24,000 nucleotides of DNA from assembly GCA_964430735.1 (NCBI GenBank), contig CAYSFB010000011.1, positions 7,865 to 31,864 of the forward strand, written 5' to 3'. This DNA is from an uncultured Planctomycetia bacterium. Lineage in GTDB: Bacteria > Omnitrophota > Gorgyraeia > 2-02-FULL-51-18 > JAGOUK01. The position numbers were made by a program, and so were the translations under genes. The stretch's first letter is position 1. Each line of letters begins with the position of its first letter. Positions 14,801-24,000 of this stretch are shown here, in pieces. The notes under the pieces are model-generated. The model was not told the DNA's origin, ran no database searches, and worked only from the letters and a program-made list of their open reading frames with translations.

Positions 14801-14829
14801 ATAGTATTGCAATTCCCCAAACGCGTCAA
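14801..14829 (-). promoter_or_regulatory. Sigma70-type promoter for pdaD: TTGACG-N17-TACTAT
   Basis: On the minus strand the -35 is TTGACG (14829-14824), the spacer is exactly 17 nt, and the -10 is TACTAT (14806-14801). The predicted leader of about 30 nt contains the AGGAG. Confidence 0.45.
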
Positions 14830-14843
14830 GAAAAAATAGGGCT

Positions 14844-15560
14844 TCAGACCGCTTCTGAACCGGATACAAAAACCCATTCGGCCGAAGCGTAGAAGTCCGA
14901 GCGGACCGACGCGGCAGATTTGCTCTCCTCGGGAGTCGGAACCGACGGTGAAAAATCCAGATTCCAGTGGGATCGGAAGCTTTGGGCGATGCGGCGGGCC
15001 ATGTCCTGCGCGTCTCCGGGCAGCTGAATGGAAGTCTGGTGCAGGAGGCGTCCGTTTTTCCGGCGCTGACTGGAGCCGACGACCTTGTTCCCCTTCCATT
15101 CGATGTCGCACGATACGGGCTCTTCGAAGCAGAGCCGTTCGCTGCGCGCCTTGAGCGGCGCGGCGCACGCGCTGAACGCCAACCCGTCGAACATCGGCTC
15201 GAGCGCCGCCAGGATCACCGCATGCACCGAACGGTACGAATCGCTCACCCGTCCGGCCAGACGCGGATGATCCTCGGAAAGAGCAATCGAGAGCGTCAGG
15301 TCCTCCCCGTGACGCACCATCCCTCCGCCGGTCGGCCGGCGGACCACGTCAAATCCGGTTTCTGCACAGCGAAACGCGCGGACAATTTTTTCGACGCTTT
15401 GAAAATATCCGATGGAGTAGGCGGGACGGGACCAGCGGTAGAAGCGAAGCGTCGGCGGAGCGGACGGGCCAGTCGCACCCAGCAACGCCGTATCCAGCGC
15501 CATATTCCAAACAGGCTCTTCCGGCGCCGAGAGCTCAATAAGCCGCCAGGACTCAGTCAT
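14844..15560 (-). CDS. Lipoate-protein ligase / octanoyltransferase family protein (LplA/LipM-like catalytic domain only)
   Basis: 238-aa ORF reading PTLRFYRWSRPAYSIGYFQ, RRPTGGGMVRHGEDLTLSI and WKGNKVVGSSQRRKNGRLLHQ (the conserved Lys-x-x-Gly-Ser/Ala-Ala/Ser-Gln motif). It lies directly downstream of the gcv genes, which include the lipoyl carrier GcvH. Confidence 0.8.
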   Translation of the reverse strand: MTESWRLIELSAPEEPVWNMALDTALLGATGPSAPPTLRFYRWSRPAYSIGYFQSVEKIVRAFRCAETGFDVVRRPTGGGMVRHGEDLTLSIALSEDHPRLAGRVSDSYRSVHAVILAALEPMFDGLAFSACAAPLKARSERLCFEEPVSCDIEWKGNKVVGSSQRRKNGRLLHQTSIQLPGDAQDMARRIAQSFRSHWNLDFSPSVPTPEESKSAASVRSDFYASAEWVFVSGSEAV

Positions 15561-15574
15561 GTTTTAAGGATTCT

Positions 15575-15728
15575 GGACCGCGGTCCTGCGGGGAGGCAGT
15601 CGCAGCGAAGGACTTTTGGTCCGAGGAGGCGTCCCCGCCGACGAGGACCAAGGAGCGAGCGCGCTTAGTCTTTGACGGCGCGCGAGCGGCTCTGTCCGCA
15701 GCGGCGACTGCCTCCCCGCAGGACCGCA
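15575..15728. repeat. 154-bp palindromic structured element. A perfect 24-bp inverted repeat (15580-15603 / 15705-15728) closes a 101-nt insert that contains further hairpins.
   Basis: GCGGTCCTGCGGGGAGGCAGTCGC at 15580-15603 is the exact reverse complement of 15705-15728. Inner helices are GGAC/GTCC (15610-13/15694-97), TTGGTCC/GGACCAA (15616-22/15645-51), and GAGC..GCGCGC/GCGCGC..GCTC (15653-64/15678-92). GGACCGCGGTCC (15575-86) is itself palindromic. Confidence 0.8.
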
Positions 15729-15736
15729 GACCATGG

Positions 15737-17239
15737 TCAAGCGCAGCAGGTGCTGGAGGTCGTGAGGTTGGCGCCGGCAAGCTTGGGGGCGGACTCGGCC
15801 GACGGAGTCCAGCGCAGGTTGGGCTTGCGCGCGGCCAGAACTTCGTCGATGCGCTTGATCGGCGTGCGGGTCGGCGCGTCGAGCACGGCCTGAGGGTTCG
15901 TTTCGGCCTCGTGCGCGATCTCGATCATGACGTCGGCGAATTTATCGAGCACTTCCTTGGCTTCCGTCTCGGTCGGCTCGATCATCATCGCCTCTTCCAC
16001 GATCATCGGGAAGTAGACGGTCGGCGCGTGCAGGCCGAAATCGAGCAGACGCTTGCCGATGTCGAGGGCGCGGACGCCCTTGGCCTTCTGCTTCCTGGCC
16101 GAGCAGACGAATTCGTGCATGCAATGTTCGTCGTGCGGCAGGTCGTAATGCTTGGCGAGGCGCGCCTTCAGATAATTGGCGTTGAGCACCGCGTTGACCG
16201 ACACTTCCTTCAAACCCTCGGCTCCGAGCGCCTTGATGTAGCAATACGAGCGCAGGAAGGCGCCGGCGTTGCCGTAGAACGACCGGAGACGGCCGATGGA
16301 ATGAGGGCGGTCGTAGTCCCAGGCGAGCTGGTCGCCGGAGGTCTGCTTGAGGCGCGGATACGGCAGGAACTTCTCGAGATGCTTCTTCACGCCGACAGGG
16401 CCGGAGCCGGGACCGCCCGCGCCGTGCGGAACGGCGAAGGTCTTGTGCAGGTTCACGTGCACGACGTCGAAGCCCATGTCGCCGGGACGCGCGATACCGA
16501 GGAGGGCGTTCATGTTGGCGCCGTCGTAATAGACCTGACCGCCGGCCGCGTGGACGATCTGGGTGACCTGCTTGATATTCGTTTCAAAAATGCCGAGCGT
16601 GCTCGGATTGGTGAGCATGAAGCAGGCGGTCAGCGGGCCGACCTTGGCCTTCAAGTCTTCGAGGTCGACACGGCCTTTGGCGTCGGTCTTCACCGTGACC
16701 ACTTCGTAACCGCAGAGCGCGGCTGAGGCGGGGTTCGTCCCGTGCGCCGAGTCGGGCACGAGCACCTGTGTGCGCTTCTGGCCGTTGGCCTTGTGATACG
16801 CGCTCACCATGAGAAGCCCGGCGAACTCGCCGTGCGCGCCGGCGGCCGGTTGCAGCGAAAAAGCATCCATGCCCAGGATCTCGCCGAGCTGAGACTCGAG
16901 CTCCTGGATGATCCGGAGCATCCCCTGCACCTGAGTCTCGTCCTGATACGGATGGATGCGCGAATAAAAGGGCCACGCGGTGATCTGGTCGTTCACCTTG
17001 GGGTTGTACTTCATCGTGCACGAGCCCAGCGGATAAAAGTTGGTGTCCACGCAGAAGTTCTGCTGGGACAGGCGCGTGAAGTGGCGCACGACGTCCAGCT
17101 CCGCCGCTTCCGGCAGATGCGTCGAAGTCTTACGGAACGCATTCGCGGGAAAGAACTTGGCGGCGTTAAAACCTTTTTCCGGCGCGGGCAAGTGATCGCC
17201 GAGGTTCAGGGATTTTTTTTCAAAAAGGAGTTTGCTCAT
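15737..17239 (-). CDS. gcvPB: Glycine dehydrogenase (decarboxylating) subunit 2 (P-protein C-terminal half)
   Basis: The ORF track start at 17338 overlaps gcvPA. The ATG at 17239 ([10 protein letters not shown]..) lies 11 nt after the gcvPA stop. The sequence [22 protein letters not shown] and [19 protein letters not shown] (PLP-lysine region) is typical of GcvPB. Confidence 0.93.
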   Translation of the reverse strand: MSKLLFEKKSLNLGDHLPAPEKGFNAAKFFPANAFRKTSTHLPEAAELDVVRHFTRLSQQNFCVDTNFYPLGSCTMKYNPKVNDQITAWPFYSRIHPYQDETQVQGMLRIIQELESQLGEILGMDAFSLQPAAGAHGEFAGLLMVSAYHKANGQKRTQVLVPDSAHGTNPASAALCGYEVVTVKTDAKGRVDLEDLKAKVGPLTACFMLTNPSTLGIFETNIKQVTQIVHAAGGQVYYDGANMNALLGIARPGDMGFDVVHVNLHKTFAVPHGAGGPGSGPVGVKKHLEKFLPYPRLKQTSGDQLAWDYDRPHSIGRLRSFYGNAGAFLRSYCYIKALGAEGLKEVSVNAVLNANYLKARLAKHYDLPHDEHCMHEFVCSARKQKAKGVRALDIGKRLLDFGLHAPTVYFPMIVEEAMMIEPTETEAKEVLDKFADVMIEIAHEAETNPQAVLDAPTRTPIKRIDEVLAARKPNLRWTPSAESAPKLAGANLTTSSTCCA

Positions 17240-17250
17240 AAGATTTTTCC

Positions 17251-18591
17251 TTACGCCTTCCGGATCGCTTCGGCGAGGGCGGCGATCTCTTCGTCGGTGC
17301 GCTGTTCGGTCACGGCCACGAGGTAACGTCCCTGCCAATCCTTGCGGAAACGGCCCAGATGCAGCGGACCGATGAGCCGCGCGGCTTCGAAGGATTTGGC
17401 CAGCGCCTTGGGATCCTTGTCGATCGACACGGTGAATTCATTGAAGAACGCCGCGTCGGAAAAAGGCTTCACGCCGGGGACCCTGGTCAATTGGTCAAAG
17501 GCCTTATGACTCTGCTGGACGTTGAGTTCGCCCATGCGCTTGAAGCCGTTGGGGCCGAGCGTGGCCAGGAAGATGAGGCCTTTGAGCGCGCAGAGCATGT
17601 GATTGGTGCAAATGTTGGAGGTCGCCTTCTCTCGGCGGATGTGCTGTTCGCGGGCCTGGAGCGTGAGGACGAAGGCGCGTTTGCCTTCCTTGTCCTGCGT
17701 GATGCCCGAGATGCGGCCGGGAAGCTTGCGCATATGCGCTTCCTTCACGGCGAAGAATCCGAAGTGGGGTCCGCCAAACGCAACGGAATTGCCCAGCGGC
17801 TGGCCGTCGCCGACGGCGACGTCCGCGCCCGTTTCGCCGGGCGGCGTGAGCAGGCTCAAAGAAAGCGGGTTGACGGACGCGATCACGATCGCGCCGGCGG
17901 CCGACGCGACGGCGGCCAGGTCGGCCGTCTCTTCGACATAGCCGAGGAAATTGGGGTTCTGGTACACCAGCGACGCGGTGTTGGAGTCGACGAGTTTTTT
18001 GAGCGAGTCGATGCCGGTCTTGCCGCCCGTGTGCGGGGCGAGGACGATCTCGCACGGGATGTCGGTGAGATACGTCCGGACCGTTTCGATCGTTTCGGGA
18101 TGCAGGAGCTCGGAGAGGATCACTTTTTTGCGATCCGAACCGCGCAGGGACATGAGGACCGCTTCGGCCACGGAGGACGCGCCGTCGTACATCGACGCGT
18201 TGGAAACGTCCATCGCGGTGAGCAGGCAGATCATCGTCTGGTATTCGTAAATCGCCTGCAGCGTGCCCTGGCTCGCCTCGCCCTGGTAGGGCGTGTAGGC
18301 CGTGATGAACTCGCTGCGCGTCGCCAGCTGGTTCACGATGGCCGGAATGTAGTGGTCGTAGGCGCCGGCGCCGAGGAAGCAGGCGTTGCGGTCGGCGTGC
18401 GCGTTCTTCTGGCCGCGCTTCTTGAGGTCGCCCAACAACTCCATCTCAGACATGCCGCCAGGGAGCTTGAGACCGGATGCCGGGACGCGCAAGTCGGACG
18501 GAATGCCCGACAGGAGCTCTTCGAAGCTCTTCACGCCGATGGTGCGGAGCATTTCCTTTTTATCGGACTCGGTGTTGGCGACGTATTGCAT
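17251..18591 (-). CDS. gcvPA: Glycine dehydrogenase (decarboxylating) subunit 1 (P-protein N-terminal half)
   Basis: The ORF track start at 19146 runs through gcvH. The ATG at 18591 gives 446 aa: [69 protein letters not shown], typical of GcvPA. Confidence 0.93.
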   Translation of the reverse strand: MQYVANTESDKKEMLRTIGVKSFEELLSGIPSDLRVPASGLKLPGGMSEMELLGDLKKRGQKNAHADRNACFLGAGAYDHYIPAIVNQLATRSEFITAYTPYQGEASQGTLQAIYEYQTMICLLTAMDVSNASMYDGASSVAEAVLMSLRGSDRKKVILSELLHPETIETVRTYLTDIPCEIVLAPHTGGKTGIDSLKKLVDSNTASLVYQNPNFLGYVEETADLAAVASAAGAIVIASVNPLSLSLLTPPGETGADVAVGDGQPLGNSVAFGGPHFGFFAVKEAHMRKLPGRISGITQDKEGKRAFVLTLQAREQHIRREKATSNICTNHMLCALKGLIFLATLGPNGFKRMGELNVQQSHKAFDQLTRVPGVKPFSDAAFFNEFTVSIDKDPKALAKSFEAARLIGPLHLGRFRKDWQGRYLVAVTEQRTDEEIAALAEAIRKA

Positions 18592-18617
18592 GTTCGGCTC
18601 GGGCTTCCGGGGGTTCT

Positions 18618-19007
18618 TTAGTGGGCGTGGTGTTTGGTTTCGTCGTACTTCTTGGCGTCGAGCAGGTTCGCGAGCTCGGCGGGGTTCGACAGCTCGATCT
18701 CGAAGAGCCAGCCGTCGCCGTAAGCGGACTGGTTGACGATGCCGGGGTCGGAAGCGACCTTGTCGTTCACCTTCGTGATCTTGCCGGACACCGGCGAGTA
18801 AATGTCGAACGCGGCCTTGACCGATTCGATCACCATGCAGGATTCCTTCTGCTTCACGACGCGGCCGGCCTTGGGCAGCTCGATGAAGACGACGTCCGAG
18901 ATCTCGCGCTGGGCGTGGTCCGAAATTCCGACCGTGCCCTTGTTGCCTTCGACGCTGATCCACTCGTGGGATTCGAGGTATTTGAGTTTGGAGAGATCCA
19001 ATGCCAT
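18618..19007 (-). CDS. gcvH: Glycine cleavage system H protein (lipoyl carrier)
   Basis: The ATG at 19007 gives 129 aa: MALDLSKLKYLESHEWISVEGNKGTVGISDHAQREISDVVFIELP..CMVIESVKAAFDIYSPVSG, which contains the lipoyl-lysine motif ESVKA. The 361-aa track ORF is an upstream extension into gcvT. Confidence 0.93.
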   Translation of the reverse strand: MALDLSKLKYLESHEWISVEGNKGTVGISDHAQREISDVVFIELPKAGRVVKQKESCMVIESVKAAFDIYSPVSGKITKVNDKVASDPGIVNQSAYGDGWLFEIELSNPAELANLLDAKKYDETKHHAH

Positions 19008-19033
19008 GGTGTTTTCCTTCCTTATTATAAAAG

Positions 19034-20140
19034 TTACAAATGCCGGATCGGCGTGAACGGCAGCTTGACGACTTCGATCGGGACGCGGCGGCCGTGGACT
19101 TCCATCTCGAGCTGCGTGCCGACGGCGGCGAGGTCCGCCGCGACATGCGCGAGGCCGATGCCGATCTTGAGACTCGGCGAATACGTGCCGCTGGCGGCTT
19201 TGCCGACGGCTTGGCCGTCCTTCAAAATAACATATCCGTCGCGCGCGGGCGCCTTGTCGTTGACCTTGAAGCCGACGAGTTTCTGGGCAATGCCGGCGGC
19301 TTTTTTGGCGGCGAGGGCGTCCTTGCCGACATACTGCTTCGTGCTCGTGACAAGCCAGGCCAGGCGGCCGTCGTAGGGCGTGCGGGTTTCGTCGTATTCG
19401 TGGCCGTAAAGGCCGTTGCCGGCTTCCAGGCGCAGCGTGTTGCGGGCGCCGAGACCGCACGGGATGAGGCCGAACTTTTTGCCTTCGGTGACGAGACGGT
19501 CCCAGATGGGAAGGAGAACGTCGGGACCGGCGAAGATCTCGAAGCCGTCCTCCCCCGTGTACCCGCTTCGCGAGATCCACGCGAGGTTGTTCGACCCTTC
19601 GAGCGTCTTGAAGGTGTAATAACCGAGATTTTTTGCGCCCTTGTCGAACAGCGCGTCGATCACTTCGACGGCGCGCGGGCCCTGGACCGCGATGCAGCCG
19701 CAATGCTCGCTGAAGTCGGCGACGACCGCGTCGGGCTTGGCGTATTTTTGAATATGCTTTTCGACCTTCGCGATGTTCGAGGCGTTCACGATGAGGTAGA
19801 AGCTGTCGAACGCGTCCTGATAAATGATGATGTCGTCGAGGATGAAGCCCTGCTCGTTCAGAACGACGGTGTAGAGCATCCGGCCGTCGGTGAGCTTGTC
19901 CATGGCCGTCGGAACGACGGATTCGAGGAAGGCGCGGGCGCCCGCTCCCTTCACGGCGATCTCGCCCAGGTGCGACACGTCGAAGATGCCGACGCCGTTG
20001 CGGACGGCGAGGTGCTCTTCCATGATCGACGTGTACTGGATCGGGAGTTCGTAACCGGCGAAGGGCACGATCTTGCCGCCGAGCGCGACGTGGCGGCTGT
20101 AAAGGGGGGTGCGCTTCAGTTGGATGTCGGTGGTGGTCAT
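19034..20140 (-). CDS. gcvT: Glycine cleavage system aminomethyltransferase T
   Basis: 368-aa ORF reading KRTPLYSRHVALGGKIVPFAGYELPIQYTSIMEEHLAVRNGVGIFDVSHLGEI, typical of GcvT. Confidence 0.93.
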   Translation of the reverse strand: MTTTDIQLKRTPLYSRHVALGGKIVPFAGYELPIQYTSIMEEHLAVRNGVGIFDVSHLGEIAVKGAGARAFLESVVPTAMDKLTDGRMLYTVVLNEQGFILDDIIIYQDAFDSFYLIVNASNIAKVEKHIQKYAKPDAVVADFSEHCGCIAVQGPRAVEVIDALFDKGAKNLGYYTFKTLEGSNNLAWISRSGYTGEDGFEIFAGPDVLLPIWDRLVTEGKKFGLIPCGLGARNTLRLEAGNGLYGHEYDETRTPYDGRLAWLVTSTKQYVGKDALAAKKAAGIAQKLVGFKVNDKAPARDGYVILKDGQAVGKAASGTYSPSLKIGIGLAHVAADLAAVGTQLEMEVHGRRVPIEVVKLPFTPIRHL

Positions 20141-20198
20141 AAATCCAAAACGACCGGTTAACGCTGCAAGAACTTCGGGATCCGGAGAAGGAGTAAAT

Positions 20199-22233
<2,035 letters not shown>

Positions 22234-22237
<4 letters not shown>

Positions 22238-23373
22238 AGGAGTTTTTGCAGCGCCGCGACGAGGCGTCGGATGTCGTCGCCGGTGTGTTTGACGGTCACG
22301 GTGAGCCGGATGCGGTCCGTGCCCTTGGGAACGGTCGGCGGGCGGATGGCGACGCCGAGAATGCCCGCCGCGCGGAGCCGGTCGGCCAGCTCCAGTGTCC
22401 GGCGCGTGTCGCCGATCATCAGAGGGATGATCGGCCCTTCGGAGGCGCCGAGGTCGAGTCCGAGCGCCTTCAAATGGACGCGCGCGAAGTCGACGCGTCC
22501 CCAGAGCTCGTCGCGGATCGCGTCGGTTTTTTCGACGATATTGAGCGCGGCGAGCGCGGCGCCGCAGAGCATCGGCGAGACGCCGGTCGTGTAAATGAAG
22601 GTCCGCGCCTTGTTGATCAAAAAGTCTTTGAGCTCGGCCGAACCCGCTACAAAACCGCCCTGGCTCCCCAGCGACTTGGACAGCGTGCCAACGATCGCGG
22701 TCACGCGGCGCGTCAGTTTTTTTTCGTGCAAAAGACCGCGGCCATGGTCGCCGTACACGCCAAAGGCATGCGCCTCATCGACCACGAGCATCGCGCCGGC
22801 ACGCTCGCAGATGTCGACCAGCTCTTCCAGCGGCGCGAGGTCGCCGTCCATGCTGAAGTAGCTGTCGGTGAGAACAAGGCGTTTGCCGGTGCAGGGTTTT
22901 TTAAAAAGTTCGCGGAGTCTGGCCGTGTCGCGGTGCGGATAGACCTTGAGCTTGGCGCCGGACGCGCGGGCGCCGTCGACGAGCGAGGCGTGAACGAAAC
23001 GGTCGATGTAGACCTCGTCCCCCGAGCCGACCAGCGCCTGGATCACGCCGAGATTGGTCTGGAACCCGGACGGAAACACGAGCGCGGCTTCGGTCCCGAC
23101 CCATTTGGCGAGGCGCTCTTCAAGCTCCTCGTGGATCGCGGTCGTTCCGCAGACCAGACGCGACGCGCCGGCGCCGGTTCCCCAGGAGTTGGAGGCTTTT
23201 TGGGCGGACCGGATCACGTCCGGATGAAACGCGAGGCCGAGGTAGTCGTTGGAAGAAAAATTGATGAGCTCCGCGCCGTCCGCGCGCACGTGCACGCCCT
23301 GTGGCGTCTCCCCGACGCGGAGGCGGCGGTGCAGATGAGAGGATTTGAGCGCGTCCAGTTCGGACTGGAACAA
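22234..23373 (-). CDS. bioF: 8-amino-7-oxononanoate synthase
   Basis: 379-aa ORF with a TTG start codon at 23373-23371, 7 nt after the bioB stop. The sequence NFSSNDYLGLAFHP, VDEAHAFGVYG and GTLSKSLGSQGG (PLP-lysine) is typical of BioF. Confidence 0.9.
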
Positions 23374-23380
23374 GGCGGGC

Positions 23381-24000
23381 TTATCCGCAGCAGCCGGCGG
23401 AGGTCAGGCGGACGCGGTCTTCGGGCTTGGTGGTCACAGCCGCTTTGCCGGACGACGACACGCAGCCGTTTCCGCCGCCGACTTCGAAACCCAAGTCGCG
23501 CAGCATCTGCAAGTCCTGTTCGGAACTGCGGCCCAGCGTCGTGAGGTAATTGCCGAGAATGAGGCCGTTGGCGCCCGCGCCCATGGCCATCGCCTGCAGG
23601 TCGCGCAGGTTCACTTCGCGGCCGCCGGCGATCTTGATCGTGCTGTGCGGCAGGATGAGACGGAACAGCGCGATGTATTTGACGATCTCCATCGGCTGAA
23701 GCGGCTTCAAGTCGGCGAACGGTGTGCCGGTCCGAGGGTTGAGAATATTGAGCGGAACGCAGTTGGCCTTGATTTTCTTGAGCTCGAACGCGAGCTCCAG
23801 CCGCTGAACCGGCGTCTCCCCCATGCCGAGGATGCCGCCCGAGCAAGGATAGATCCCGTAATCCTGAACCATTTGGACGTGGTTCACGCGGTCCATGTAA
23901 GTGTGGGTCGACACGACTTTGTCGAAGTGGCTTTGGCAAGCTTCGAGGTTGTGGTTGTTGCGGAAAAGACCGGCTTCCTTGAGCCGGGCGACCTGTTCGG
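23381..24000 (-). CDS. bioB: Biotin synthase. Only the C-terminal ~206 aa are present; the 5' end lies beyond the window.
   Basis: My translation is open from 24000 down to the stop at 23381. It reads ..EQVARLKEAGLFRNNHNLEACQSHFDKVVSTHTYMDRVNHVQMVQDYGIYPCSGGILGMGET..VPLNILNPRTGTPFAD..IKIAGGRE..ANGLILGNYLTT, collinear with E. coli BioB. The track lists only the part from an internal GTG at 23914. Confidence 0.9.
   Translation of the reverse strand, partial: EQVARLKEAGLFRNNHNLEACQSHFDKVVSTHTYMDRVNHVQMVQDYGIYPCSGGILGMGETPVQRLELAFELKKIKANCVPLNILNPRTGTPFADLKPLQPMEIVKYIALFRLILPHSTIKIAGGREVNLRDLQAMAMGAGANGLILGNYLTTLGRSSEQDLQMLRDLGFEVGGGNGCVSSSGKAAVTTKPEDRVRLTSAGCCG

Noticed and set aside
20141-20198. 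Glycine riboswitch upstream of gcvT.
   Set aside because: Only 58 bp are available and none of the conserved riboswitch sequence is visible, so there is no riboswitch at this locus.

Overview
GC-rich (about 60% by eye) bacterial chromosomal segment. Every gene I can support lies on the minus strand, with very short or overlapping gaps between genes. In the direction of transcription (high to low coordinates) there are three blocks. (1) Biotin synthesis genes bioB (partial)-bioF-bioA-bioD. After 58 bp come the glycine-cleavage genes gcvT-gcvH-gcvPA-gcvPB, then a 176-bp strongly structured spacer and an LplA-family lipoate/octanoate ligase. (2) A monocistronic pyruvoyl-dependent arginine decarboxylase (pdaD), a Braun-lipoprotein-like coiled-coil lipoprotein, a small two-TM protein, tRNA-Leu(CAG), smpB, tmRNA (ssrA), and a 4xCxxC zinc-ribbon protein that starts 21 nt after the tmRNA CCA end. 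(3) A Crp/Fnr-family regulator, followed by an eight-gene chemotaxis operon: MCP (four-helix-bundle sensor)-cheV-MCP (Cache-type sensor)-secreted stand-alone Cache-like domain-cheW-cheR-cheB-cheA (partial, two Hpt domains). The observations most worth follow-up are listed here. First, a 1,011-bp near-identical direct repeat gives the two chemoreceptors one shared signalling module. Second, a sensor-domain-only paralogue sits inside the che operon. Third, CRP-type and FNR-type palindromes lie in front of the che operon, next to a Crp/Fnr protein whose cNMP pocket appears replaced by a Cys/His cluster. Fourth, there is a tight smpB-ssrA-zinc-ribbon arrangement with no terminator after the tmRNA. 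Fifth, a 154-bp palindromic structured element lies between gcvPB and lplA. I saw no CRISPR array, integrase, transposase, toxin-antitoxin pair or recognisable defence gene. I cannot point to a clearly novel multi-gene system; most of the window is housekeeping. Nearly all long plus-strand ORFs in the supplied track are antisense shadow ORFs typical of high-GC DNA.
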